A stretch of DNA of 64,000 nucleotides from Blastocystis sp. Blastoise (lineage: Eukaryota; Protista; Bigyra: Opalinata). Under the pieces are notes generated by a model that was not told where the DNA came from, ran no database searches, and worked only from the letters and a program-made list of their open reading frames with translations. Location: the NCBI GenBank assembly GCA_039096225.1, contig JBBPEB010000008.1, forward strand, positions 108,833-172,832. Direction: 5' to 3'. Below, one piece after another: positions 13,501 through 27,291 of the stretch (position 1 is its first letter; every line of letters starts with the position of its first letter). A program made the position numbers and the translations under genes.

Positions 13501-16500
13501 TTATAAGACTAATCCGTCAATAAAAGTCAATTTTATAAAAATAAATATAGAGTATGTGAGTAGATATAAGAAAAATAAGAAAAAAATAAAAAATGAAAAA
13601 CGAAAAATAAGTGTTTTTATAAAAATGAAAAATATTGGATAAAATAAAAATAATCCAATAATTTTGGTTAAAATTTTGTGCGAAAATGGTTTTTTGCGAT
13701 TTTTAGCCAGAAATTTAGAGTTTTTGAAAAATTTCTTTAACAGTCATTTTTAGAATTGTGTTCCGGTTTTTATGATGTTATTTTTATTTTATAAAAGTTA
13801 ATAACAAAGTCAATAATGGTGAAAGTGTGTGAGACACCGTACTTTTGGGCTGCTAAATTAAGGATATTAATATATATATAATGAATAATAAGAAAGAATA
13901 ATAAGAAAGAATAATAAGAATATATATATATATATAATGAATAGTAAGAAAGAATAATAAGAAATAATAATGAATATATATAAATATATAATGAATAGTA
14001 AGAAAGAATAATAAGAAAGAATAATAAGAATATAAATATATAATGAATAGTAAGAAAGAATAATAAGAAATAATAATGAATATATATAAATATATAATGA
14101 ATAATAAGAAAGAATAATAAGAAATAATAATGAATATATATAAATATATAATGAATAGTAAGAAAGAATAATAAGAAAGAATAATAAGAATATAAATATA
14201 TAATGAATAGTAAGAAAGAATAATAAGAAAGAATAATAAGAATATATATATATATATAATGAATAGTAAGAAAGAATAATAAGAATATATATATATATAT
14301 AATGAATAGTAAGAAAGAATAATAAGAATATATATATATAATGAATAATAAGAAAGAATAATAAGAATATATATATATAATGAATAGTAAGAAAGAATAA
14401 TAAGAAATAATAATGAATATATATAAATATATAATGAATAATAAGAAAGAATAATAAGAAATAATAATAAGAATATATATATATAATGAATAGTAAGAAA
14501 GAATAATAAGAAAGAATAATAAGAATATATATATATATAATGAATAGTAAGAAAGAATAGTAAGAAAGAATAATAAGAATATATATATATATAATGAATA
14601 ATAAGAAAGAATAATAAGAATATATATATATATATATAATGAATAATAAGAAAGAATAATAAGAAATAATAATGAATATATATAAATATATAATGAATAG
14701 TAAGAAAGAATAATAAGAAATAATAATGAATATATATAAATATATAATGAATAGTAAGAAAGAATAATAAGAAAGAATAATAAGAATATATATATATAAT
14801 GAATAGTAAGAAAGAATAATAAGAAAGAATAATAAGAATATATATATATAATGAATAATAAGAAAGAATAATAAGAAATAATAATGAATATATATAAATA
14901 TATAATGAATAATAAGAAAGAATAATAAGAAAGAATAATAAGAATATATATATATATAATGAATAGTAAGAAAGAATAATAAGAATATATATATATATAT
15001 AATGAATAGTAAGAAAGAATAATAAGAATATATATATATATATAATGAATAGTAAGAAAGAATAATAAGAATATATATATATAATGAATAATAAGAAAGA
15101 ATAATAAGAATATATATATATAATGAATAGTAAGAAAGAATAATAAGAAAGAATAATAAGAATATATATATATAATGAATAGTAAGAAAGAATAATAAGA
15201 AAGAATAATAAGAATATATATATATAATGAATAGTAAGAAAGAATAATAAGAAAGAATAATAAGAATATATATATATAATGAATAGTAAGAAAGAATAAT
15301 AAGAAATAATAATGAATATATATAAATATATAATGAATAGTAAGAAAGAATAATAAGAAAGAATAATAAGAATATATATATATATAATGAATAATAAGAA
15401 AGAATAATAAGAATATATATATATATATATAATGAATAATAAGAAAGAATAATAAGAAATAATAATAAGAATATATATATATAATGAATAATAAGAAAGA
15501 ATAATAAGAATATACATATATAATGAATAGTAAGAAAGAATAATAAGAAAGAATAATAAGAATATATATATATAATGAATAGTAAGAAAGAATAATAAGA
15601 AATAATAATGAATATATATAAATATATAATGAATAATAAGAAAGAATAATAAGAAAGAATAATAAGAATATATATATATATAATGAATAATAAGAAAGAA
15701 TAATAAGAATATATATATATATAATGAATAGTAAGAAAGAATAATAAGAATATATATATATATATAATGAATAATAAGAAAGAATAATAAGAATATATAT
15801 ATATATATAATGAATAGTAAGAAAGAATAATAAGAATATATATATATAATGAATAATAAGAAAGAATAATAAGAATATATATATATATAATGAATAGTAA
15901 GAAAGAATAATAAGAAAGAATAATAAGAATATATATATATATATAATGAATAGTAAGAAAGAATAATAAGAATATATATAAATATATAATGAATAGTAAG
16001 AAAGAATAATAAGAATATATATATATAATGAATAATAAGAAAGAATAATAAGAATATAAATATATAATGAATAGTAAGAAAGAATAATAAGAAAGAATAA
16101 TAAGAATATATATATATATAATGAATAGTAAGAAAGAATAATAAGAATATATATATATATAATGAATAGTAAGAAAGAATAATAAGAATATATATAAATA
16201 TATAATGAATAGTAAGAAAGAATAATAAGAATATATATAAATATATAATGAATAGTAAGAAAGAATAATAAGAATATATATATATATATAATGAATAGTA
16301 AGAAAGAATAATAAGAATATATATATATATATAATGAATAGTAAGAAAGAATAATAAGAAAGAATAATAAGAATATATATAAATAATAAGAAAGAATAAT
16401 AAGAATATATATATATATATAATAAGAGTATATATATATATATATATATATACCTTTTGGAATAGACTTAATGTCTATTTTATTTTCTTTGTTTAGAGAT

Positions 16501-16552
16501 ATATATATATTATTATTCTTATTACATATCTATATATTTATATTTGTAAATC

Positions 16553-16594
<42 letters not shown>

Positions 16595-16981
16595 CTTCAC
16601 TTTTATGTTTTCTATATTTTTTTAATATGAATCCTCTAATATTATTTCCTCTATAGTGAAGGTAGAATCCACAATCACTAAAAGGGCAAATAATAGTTAT
16701 TTCGCTTTTATTTGATTTTTTAATTTTATATGAGTATCCTTTATCTTGAAGTTTTGTACTTATATCTTTTATTAATTCTTGTTTTGTTTGATATATTGTT
16801 TTAATAGAGTATAAATTATTAATCTCGAATTCTAACATATCTTCTCGACTTGTAAATTCATCATAACAAACTGATTCCATGTTTTCATTCTGAATACTAT
16901 TTACATCATCAACATCATTAACCTGAATCTAGTGAAAGTGAGTTTAAAATATGTTATAAATACATTATTTTGAGTCTCCAT
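7184..16981 (-). CDS. Mutator-like (MULE/MuDR) DDE transposase, 5 exons, ~852 aa, apparently intact
   Basis: Exons 16981-16964, 16928-16596, 16529-16454, 9379-7618 and 7553-7184 splice at GT-AG in frame (2559 nt). N-terminal C-x4-C...H-x4-C zinc finger (CPFSDC...HKSEIC); catalytic FLDGTH, FSDMDKGL, CAFH, SPAESFN; SWIM finger CNCG...PCFHA; C-terminal GRP motif. Confidence 0.9.
9469..9654. repeat. Left part of the intronic AT-rich satellite (AATGAATA[A/G]TAAGAAAGAATAATAAGAATATATAT...)
   Basis: Same unit as 13870-16430; the array is split by the 9655-13869 insertion. Confidence 0.85.
9655..13869 (-). mobile_element. Non-coding hairpin-ended element, copy 1 (probable non-autonomous Helitron/Helentron-like family)
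   Basis: Inverted copy of 34875-37856 over ~2.9 kb. Termini are TAATATCCTTAATTTAG... and ...CAAGCGTAGGCTGGCGTAGCCAGTCGTGAAACGCTTGTATTA. Removing it restores a perfect satellite unit (aataataaga|atatatatataatg) with no TSD. Confidence 0.85.
10063..10324. repeat. (ATTTCT)n microsatellite, ~43 copies, in the part of copy 1 that copy 2 lacks
   Basis: Perfect hexamer run; it produces the spurious ISIS/LFLF ORFs. Confidence 0.95.
13870..16430. repeat. ~2.6-kb modular satellite (about 35-60 bp units) in MULE intron 3
   Basis: Modules AATGAATA(A/G)TAAGA, (AAGAATAATAAGA)1-2 and (AT)n. It produces the spurious 554-aa ORF. Confidence 0.95.
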
Positions 16982-17614
16982 GTTTTCTAAACTATTACGT
17001 TATAAAAAACTTTAAAAATGAAATAACAAAAAAATATTCTAAACATAAAAAAAATATTTCTCTGTTTTTATAAAAGAATCATTTTTGCGTTGTGTTTTCT
17101 TTTTAAAAAAAGTAATAAATCAATAAATGACTTAGTCCAACACACATTTCATTAGTAAAAAATTGTCTTCCAAAAATGGATTAGTAACAATTGTGAGCAA
17201 AATATTAAAAATACGTTTTGTTTAACATTGACTCATCGAAGCAACTATAGTTTCACAATAAATAATTACTTATAACTTTTACAAAATAATAATAATTCTT
17301 TAATCACTATGAGGCAGTTTTCTTTTGCAAAATCTCTCCAAAATGAAGATTTGTATATCAGACTGAATCAGAACCCTTTCAGCTTAATTATAAGCATGGG
17401 GAAAAACCTTAATATATTTGATAAATTCACGGGAATATAAAAAATGTCTTTAAAAATGACCCAATGAAAATTATATATTATTTTATATCAGCCAATAAAA
17501 CATATTTAAAATAAACAAAACGATTGGATAATTTTTCAAGCATTAATATACAGAAGAAAGAACAAAGAAAAGAGAAAAAAAGACAAGGAAAAAAAAGAAG
17601 AAGAGAAGAACAAT

Positions 17615-18025
17615 TTAAGTTTGTAATGGAGTAATCTATACAGCTATTAACACTCTAATAAGAGCGCAGAAAGTTTCAATACCTATATATAAAGAAATGA
17701 TAAGAATGTAAAGAATAAAAGGTGAATATAAGTAAATACCATTGATAAGAAGCTTTGTAATGGGTCAAGGTTGAGATACTTGGTCTTCCTATAGATGCTA
17801 GAATATAATTAGTAAAAATGAATAGAAACATACCTTTTCAATTACTATTGTTTTTGATATTTTGAGTTGATAATAATATAATAAACCTATAGAATTAATT
17901 ATAGAATAAATATATATATACCTTATCCATAATTGCATTTATTTGCTTATTATATTGATGATATAAAGAAACCTATATACTATTATATGTATAAAATAAT
18001 AAAAATACATTTTATAGAACCTTTA
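17615..18025 (-). pseudogene. Run of short exon-like segments of an unidentified gene fragment
   Basis: Regularly spaced GT...AG introns around ~50-nt exons (VSLYHQYNKQINAIMDK / VYYIIINSKYQKTIVIEK), then a stop. No recognisable domain. Confidence 0.35.
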
Positions 18026-18734
18026 TTATATATTTTTGAAATATAAATAGAAAAAATATTTATGTAAAGAATGAAAATTATAATTATAAAAAAAACAGGG
18101 GTGGGGGTAACAGAGAATCTTTTTATTTATATATAAAAATTTCATTAAAATTTGATTTAAATCCAGGAGATAGATGAAAACGTCTGTTTTTCTTTTTTTT
18201 AATACTAAAAAGTCTTTGTTAAACAAAAGTCTATTAATAGAGTTTAAAATGAGTTGTATACGTTTATTTATTCTTATTAATAACGTGTAGAGACTACTGA
18301 AATAACGATTTTAATATTTTCAAGGAATGAAGTCATAATTGCCCTCATGTATAGGTTCTATTGATATAATTATATGATATAATTGATAAGAACAGAGTGA
18401 TGCATAAAATAAGACAATCTGTATTGCTTTATGTTTATATAATTAGTACATTCTTTAAAAAATAATTCTTTTTCTTGTTTATAAGAGTAGAAATATGCTT
18501 GTATAAATGATTTAAATAAATAATAAATATAATTTAATTGCTTAACTAAAAGTATATCAAAAATAATAGATAATAATAAATACTATACTTATATTAGAAA
18601 ATTTAGTAATAACATTTATTTATCATACAGTTGTATATAAATCTGTTTTAAACAAAACACATAATGTCTTAAATAAATAATAATATTATAACAATAGGAG
18701 AATAAATATATATATTCATCTAATACATAATACA

Positions 18735-18972
18735 TATGTAGTAATAGAAGAGAAAGAAGAGTAGTTACTTTATAGTTTATTATTTCTAAATAGGTTATTT
18801 CTTTTGATATATTAAAATTAATACAAAGAGTAGAATAGAAGGAAGATAATAAATCATATAAAGAATAATATAATGAAGATATTTTAAAAGAGGTTATTGT
18901 AATTAAATAAAGTATATTCAATTAAATTAGCCTATAAAACATATATAATACTAATGGATAGTATATATAGGA

Positions 18973-19069
<97 letters not shown>

Positions 19070-19150
19070 TTCTACAATATAATATTCTTTATATCTATTA
19101 AATCTTTATATATAATTTGATCTAACAGATCTAAGTCACTGTACATTATC
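18735..19150 (-). pseudogene. Degenerate 3' exons, probably continuing the AlaRS pseudogene beyond the large Helitron
   Basis: The acceptor at 19151-19152 pairs with the donor at 45282-45283 once the Helitron is removed. The exons contain in-frame TGA/TAA stops and no AlaRS motif I can recognise. Confidence 0.5.
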
Positions 19151-19159
19151 CTATATAAC

Positions 19160-19195
<36 letters not shown>

Positions 19196-21139
19196 CTTAT
19201 ATATAAAAGGGATAAGTAAGCACGAAATTGTACTGATATAAATGGACCGATTACTTTTTTGTGTTACACATCTGTGTTACACTTACAAAAGATTCAGAAT
19301 CTATATCAAAAACGTATTATGACGCGCTTTTAAAATTTTCAGAAATTCCACGTCTAAGGGCCTAAAACGGTCTCACAAAGAAGTGACTTAACCGACTTGG
19401 CCACTAAAATGCAATAAAATTCAAAATTTGAGTTTTTATCCAATAAAAACTGTCGTACACTTTATAGAATTCTTTCATTCTTTATAGAATTATCAGTTGT
19501 TTCTAAAAATCAATGTCTTCCCTGACTTTTGTGACAATTGCCACGACTTTTAGGTGACACTTTTTAATCCATGCTTAATATGTCTGAAAATTTAAAAAAG
19601 GAGTAATAGACGATATTTTGACTTTATGTAATACACAACACTACTACAATAATATATTGAAATAAGAAAGATATTTAATTGAGATCACACATTTACATGT
19701 ATAAGTAGCATTACATTGCTAATTAGAAAGAAAAACACTTAATAATCAACCCTTAATCGTTGGTATAGTTTCATAGCATCTACTACTTGTAAACAACATG
19801 ATACAATGATATCTCACAACAAAAAACTAGTTTCTTGAATACGATACAACAAATAGTCAACACTATTTAATTTTTAATTGATCCCACAATTCAAATAAGC
19901 GTATTAGAGGCTACCTGTCAAAGATAATAAGAACATAACATAAAATAATAGTCTGAAATGATTGTTTTTTTCAAGGATCTAAATTATGATTTTTTTCTTT
20001 TTTTTCCTTTGATTATGTTTTAAATTACGGTAATTTAATGCAATCAAGCACATCAAATAAGAAAACTTCCAGCTTCTGTTTAATAAAACAATAATTCACT
20101 AAAAAAATGTATTTATAATATACACTGTTTACTATATAATGCTTTTAAATTATCGATGACATTGATGAATTGTCTACTTAAACTTTGATCACACTATGAA
20201 TCAGTCCTTATTCAACGGATGTATTGTTCTTCCATTATTCAGCTTTTGACAAAGACGTGCTTTTGAAACTTGCTTAGTTGGATTACCAAGGATTGAGTAC
20301 TGTGTTTCTTATATTTTCATATTGTTAAAGTATATATGTATTATCTTTTAATGTTTTATTTTTCGTATTTTTTGTTGTTTGTTGTTATTATCAATGTGCT
20401 TACATTATGCTCTATTCATAACTTTTCATTTATTTCTTTTATCTATTTGTCTAAATATTAATTTTTTTTTTCTATTTATATATTTATTAAAAACATGTCT
20501 AATAATTCTATTTCTCTCATTCAGTTACTTCTATGTTTATACTGTATTCCTTTAAATTCTTATCAGCTCTAACGTAATTATATATTTCTATTTACGCGAT
20601 ATTTAGAATGTTTACCATAATCATAGATATAATAGTATTTTATCTTGGAATAGTCTGCTTAATCTATTCTTTTTTTCTTTTTTTTTAATTTATAATCATT
20701 GTTTTTATCTATATTACATTTATATATACTTATTTTTATTATTATAGATTTAATTGAGATTATTTTGAGTTAGTGTTGCTGGCAGGTTTATGTAGAATTT
20801 ATTATTATTTCAATTATTATTATTATTTCTTAAAAGTCTGTTTTATTTTTAATTAAATATATAGGAAAAGCATATATTATGTCGAGCATACTGATTATAC
20901 TTAATTTATTAATAATCTATAATCTAATTTTATTAATAATATTATTCATTTCTTTCATTAAACTCAATTTGGTGGATGATAATCACAATAGATTATTCCA
21001 GGTTCAACTCCTGGTTTAATGATCATATATATATATATATATATTTAATTATTTTGCTCTTATCTATCACATACATATATATATTCTTTTAAATTTAAAC
21101 TACTTTTATATTTATATACACAATATTAATGTGTTCACA

Positions 21140-21244
<105 letters not shown>

Positions 21245-21849
21245 AAATCTTTAATTATGTTACTTTATTACTTTCATTGTATTTACTGTCGTCATATATA
21301 TATAGTAGTATTTGTTCTTCCCTGTGTAAATTCATGATAAGAATTAATATGTTATGATTTATATCGTTTTAAGATATCTACGCTACAAATTATTTCTTAA
21401 TTTAAGAAAACATATTTAAATTGGTTATTAGTATTAGAATATTGAAATTGAATATGAGCTATTTTATTCAGTTATTGAGTTGATTTTTTTCTTTTAGCAT
21501 GTTCGGTGACACTTAGTTTCTTAAATAATTCAACATAAAAAATGGCTTATCAATTACTGAATAATTTGTAATAATGAATAGTGTATACTTGAAAAAATAA
21601 CTCGATAATAAGTTCTTTCAAGTTTTATTCCAAGTAAGCATAGTTATGTTAATTTATAATGATCATTTTAGTATTATAACAATTAGATATGATAAAAAAT
21701 TTAAAATAATAAGTAGAAATAATTTAATAAAAACTTTATAATCAGCTTATAAAACAATTGTAAAAAAATGCATACATATAGTAATAACTTATCAAATACG
21801 CAATAATAAGAATATATCTAATTTAAAAGCTGTTGATTATATTCGAGAG

Positions 21850-24800
21850 CTACGAATTGTAAATAATCTCAGTCTTCAACACTTTATTGATAATTGAATT
21901 ACTTAAAGAAGGTAAATTTAGTTGTTTCATATATTTTTCGACGACTGTAGATGATTCTATTGATGATAGTAGGTCTTTATTACATGTACAAGTCATATAT
22001 GATTGCAGAAGTGCACCTTTCATACGAGTTTGAAAGCAATCTTTTACTCTTCTAAGCATACTGAAAGAAGTTTCACTCTTGATGCTTGTAGGGTTAATAG
22101 TTAAACATAGATTAATAGTTTCTTTATAAATTTCAAATGATTCAGGAAATTTTTCTTTCACATAATTAGCTAGGGACGTAATAGACCATAATCGTGTCAC
22201 AGAAGACTTTATACAAGTCATTATAGTTGTCATCTCCATACAATAATTTCTTTCTAACCTTCCATTAAAGACTTCATAAAATGTATCAATAAAAAGTTTC
22301 TGACAAATAGAGTCAGTGTTTAATATAAGTTCTGGACAAATAAAATACGATAAAGATAGGTCTAAAATACAATTATTAAGCAACCTATTTATAATTCGTT
22401 GTTTGAAACTGCAAATTATCAAACTTGTGAATGCAGAAAACTGATAAAGGTTATTTCTCTGATTTTTGTATACAATTCTAAATATAATATATAATTAAAT
22501 AACAAACACATACGAGTAATCATTAGATTGAATTGCTGACAAAATAGAATTACGTTTGCTTTCAACATTTACTTCCTTTTGACCAATACTTGTTGTATCA
22601 TCAACGACATCAGTAGAAACCATACTTAGACTATCACAACAACCTATTGTTGATCTCTTTACTCCATAATATTTAATAGCTAAAGACTTTTCAGGAGAAT
22701 CACAACTATTTTTCGTTAAATTAAGAGACTCTTGATTCTTTTTTGGCCTCCCTCTTCTTTTATGAACTAAGACAGAAGGATTCATAACTTCAAATGATGA
22801 GGAAGAATTATTTTCTTTTGAACTTGTTTCTAACGTAGAATCACTAATCAAACAATGATTTTCTTTTAATATCAAACAATCATAGAGAATATCCACATCA
22901 TCATCGTTTATTTGATTTAAACATAGCAAAGGGCCATAATTATAGTAATCTGAACATTGTTGAATTTCCATATCAGGATATTTTTTTTTAGTTTCTTTGC
23001 AAATAGTATATGTAATGAATTCCTTTGAAGTGCATGTCTTTATCGGAGTGATAACGGCATCATTGCAAGGATCATTGTTTACACTTGACTTATTATCAGC
23101 TACAGGTGCCATAGAATAATCGTTGTCCTGGTTTATTAAAACATTTTCTCGATTTCTATATATATAAATTTTATTAAAAGCATTTGATAATCAAAAAATG
23201 ATAAGAAAAGAAACATACTTTTTTTTCAAATGATATTTTAAACCTTTTTCTTTACACATTCTAGAATAATTTCTATTTTCTTGATTATCTCTATAGTTTA
23301 GAATTGATGTTATTGATTCAATGATAGAAAAATTTGATCTAAATCTACCAGTATTACCAGATGCATTATCATTTTGCATAATATCATTTTCAAAAAGAAT
23401 AGTTTCATCTTCCTGAGTTTGTATTGACTCCAATATTTGTTCATTATTCTTTATTTCACTGCTAGATAAATTAAGATATTCACATTTGTACTCATCTAAC
23501 GTTTTCATTGTATCTAAAAGAGAGCTTACAGACTGATCACTAGTATTATCATAATTATGTAACTTAAAGTTATTAATAAGTCTTGTTAAGCATTCATATA
23601 TAAATTCACGACGTTTCATAGCATTCAAATACATTTCTTTTATATTATTTGATGAAGCTAGTTGAGATATACTATCAAACAGTTCCATGGTTATATTTAT
23701 AGATTCTGAAATAGTTAATGTATCTGATTGAAGTAAAATTGAGTATTTGTTAACGATAGACAGAATTCTAAACCAATATTCTATATAAATATGAAATGAT
23801 ACTTCACCAATACATTTGAGCATTTTTTCTGAATTTTTATAGCAAACAGTGTTTTTATTGTATGAATAAAAATATAATAAAAATATTTTACACAAAGTTT
23901 GTTTAGGATGTAGAATATATGGAAGGATAGAGTAATAGCGTGCAGTAAATCTAGTTTGAGATACTTGTGGTAATGTATATAGACTGAACCCATTGTTCTT
24001 TATTAGCACTCTTAACCTTGAACATCTCGACCACGATACAGCTATATCATTGATAATATTTATATAATTAAATGTATCTAATATTTGATTTTCTAAATCT
24101 AAAAGAGCTAAATTTAAAAGATGAACTTTACATCCATATCCAATAACAGAATTATTTGCTACTTGTAGTCCAGGAATGATACCACGTATATTACTAGTAT
24201 TACATATACAATTATCATAGGAGATAGAGCAGAGTTTATCCAGTTGTAATCCTTTTTCTTTAATACTAGATTGAATAATCTTTGATATCATTAGTCCAGA
24301 GGGAGATACTTCTTCATCTATTGAAAGTAGATATTGATGAATATTATATGATTTATCACAATAACGAATTGTAATTACCAGTTGTTCCATGTTTTGACAC
24401 GTTGTACCATCAGTAGTTAAACTATATATTTGATTTCCGACAGAATTAATAAGAGATTTATTCATTTCTTCTGAAATAATACCAATCCATCTTTGAGTAG
24501 ACCTAACTGATAAATAAGCATCACTATTTTCATCAAGAAGCTGTTTAACTAAAGGATTATTTTTTGCAGTTAGACGTAATAATGTTAAAAACATACCACA
24601 ATGAGAAGAGTATATATTTGTATTTTTTCCATATATAGAGTGAATATCACTCAAACAGGTACAAATACAGTTATAATATATTCTAAAGAAGTACTTCCAG
24701 ACATTATAGTTATTTGTAGAAATGCTACCACTGTGAGTAGTAAGAAGTGACTGATTATTGTTCATATTATCTAATAATGACTTGAGATGTTTCATAGAAC

Positions 24801-26412
24801 TCTTATGAAGCTTTGAATTTTTATGAGTAGATATTTGAATAGCAGAATATTTCTCACCAAACAACATAGGTTTAGTGGAATAAAGAAGACATGAAGCACA
24901 GTACCACCTTTTATTGTTTCTATTATATATGATGAATTTGTTATATGTATCACTATGTTTTAACTGACTTTTTAAGTATGGATTCTTGTATATTTCAACA
25001 TCATAGAACAGTAGATCATCAACCAAATAAGAAATCAAAAGAATTATATCTGATAAATGCGAATCTAAATATAATTTCCATCTCTCATTTACAGTATTGA
25101 CACAGAGAGATACCAAAGAACCATCATCTCGTATTACAGTATCTATAATTTTGAACAACTGATCATTCTTCTTTAAAATATCATGGATAGAAGATATAGG
25201 ATTATGATAGATTTCTGATACTTGATTCAACATTGAATATTCATCACTTTTTTTTGTACTTTTTGTTGTCTGTTCTATTGTTGCTAATTGATTTTGCATA
25301 TGATTTCCAGTAGTAGTATATGAAGATGGAATTGAAGAATAAATACAATCTATACTTTTTTGAATAGAGCAAGAGTTGACTAGTAGAGAAGTATATGCAT
25401 CTGAAATAAAATGAGAAATACAAGATAACTTTTGTATATAACCTAAAGTATCACCCCTAATAGTATTGGGGTTGCTTGAATTATCACTTTCACATACTAT
25501 ATTTGTAATATAATAGAATAAACTAAATAAATAAATTATACTTACTGAAGAAGTCTGTAATAGTAGTTTCTTTATGTTGTGAAGAAAAGCATTTTGTTTC
25601 TGATGACGATTCTTCTATATATAACAATAGGTTAATATAAGAATATATATATATTATATACCAGATGATGTATGAATTGATACTAACTGCTGAATACTAT
25701 CGTATCTATCAGTTGTTTTTCTTGAATCATAAAATATGTCATCTGAATCTGAAAGGATAATAATTTGATCATCATTTGTAGCTAGATTTTGTATATATAG
25801 TAATGATATATATATATACTTTTTTGTATGTTGATATCTTTAATAACGAGATTATCTAATAAAGTTTTTTCTTTCTTTGATGTTACTATAGAAATTAATT
25901 ATATCATATATATACATACCTATAATTTTTCCATCACAACTACATTGAACATTTGTATCTTCTCTAGATACTAGAACAGAACTGTTTCTTATCGTTTCTA
26001 GTCTTTTAATTATTGATGAGTTACCTATTAAATATATGTTAATAATGAATTAATATACCTGTACACGACAACACGAAATACTTTTCCTTTTCTTTGACAA
26101 ACGATTTTTGTTGGTTTTCAATTTCTATATAATGAAAAAAAAGAATATATTTATATACCTTCTATGACATATGGAATATTGAAATTTGACTTTTTTAAAG
26201 AATCAATGAAATGTTTATATTCTTTACATTTCATTGCTCGTCCATTCTATATAATAATAACTAAGAAGTATTATATATACCTTAAAATGAGGAATAAGAT
26301 CATCTATTGAATACTTACCATTCATATCTTCATAATATTCCTCTTTAGTTTGACCAATATATAACCTAACATATATTGGTAATGAAAATATAATAAATGA
26401 CGCTGATATCAT
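21850..26412 (-). CDS. hAT-family DDE transposase (ZMYM1/TTF-zinc-finger type), multi-exon
   Basis: Exons ~25401-23219, 23155-~22514 and ~22477-21850 splice in frame. Several small 5' exons extend to ~26.4 kb, so the start is uncertain. Motifs: WYCASC...HKNSKLH, YSLTTDGTT, EQLVITIRY, SYDNC, GCKVHLLNL, TRF, and dimerisation domain PTSIKSETSFS...TRM. Confidence 0.88.
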
Positions 26413-26854
26413 TTTTTAATTGAGAAATAAATATATATATATAAATTATTATTAATTTGTTAAAAAAATTTCACGGTTATATTAATATTTTTACTGAAAA
26501 AATAAAAGTGTAAAAAAACTATTAAAAAAATTTAAACAATCTTATTTCAATGACCGTTTTTTGTTTTAAAACGGCGTTTGAACTGCTTAATTCCTCTTTA
26601 ATAGGTCTCATTTGTCCAGCTAGGGTGTCAAACATGCGCTCTATCGATTGGTGATACTTTCATTTTTTTGAAGGTAATGGATGAGCGATGAATGGCAATT
26701 AACTTCAAAATTTTAAAATCGTCCCTTATTTTAATAATTAAATGAATACATATTGGGTCATATGTTTAACATAGTTTTATGTCCAGAAAGTCAAATATAA
26801 AACGAAAGAAATGAAAAAATTAAAATCCACAAAAATGACTAAAAGAATAAAAAT

Positions 26855-26926
26855 ACCTTGAATGAGACTCGAACCGTGGATATCCAGCTTTACGTTTACA
26901 GCGCTGGTCGACTATACCAACATGTT
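26855..26926 (-). ncRNA. Degenerate tRNA-like / Pol III A-box-B-box element
   Basis: - strand reads TGGTATAGTCG (A-box-like) ... GGTTCGAGTC (B-box) followed by a T-run. The acceptor stem pairs poorly, so it is not a functional tRNA. Confidence 0.5.
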
Positions 26927-27222
26927 ACTCAATCTTTGAATATTAACTATTCTATATAATAAGTTTGAATTTATTTAAAATCTTCAAATATTATATTTAT
27001 CATCTTTTATTATATTTGTAGCATTTTAGGTATTCTAAGAATCTCTTATAAACATAATTTACTAATTTTTGAAAAGAAATTATCTACTAATGTGTTGATT
27101 CTAAACCAAAAACACATATCAATGATGCAGATAATGTTTGTAAACTATAAAAAATGAAACAAAGCTGTTTTTTTATTGAATCATTAGTAAATTAGCAGTT
27201 CTAAAAAATTTAAAAAAAATAG

Positions 27223-27291
27223 TTCCTTGTTAGAATCGATCCGTCGACCAAGTAAAAATTTTATGCGCACTGACCACTTGACCAAACAATC
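27223..27291 (-). ncRNA. Degenerate tRNA-like / Pol III A-box-B-box element
   Basis: - strand reads TGGTCAAGTGG (A box) ... GGATCGATTC (B-box-like), with a TTGTT/AACAA stem and a T8 run downstream. The anticodon arm is degenerate. Confidence 0.5.

Noticed and set aside
13853-15517. 554-aa ORF
   Set aside because: Translation of the intronic satellite.
6500-17300. MULE TIRs and 9-bp TSD
   Set aside because: None found by eye, so the element boundaries are not called.
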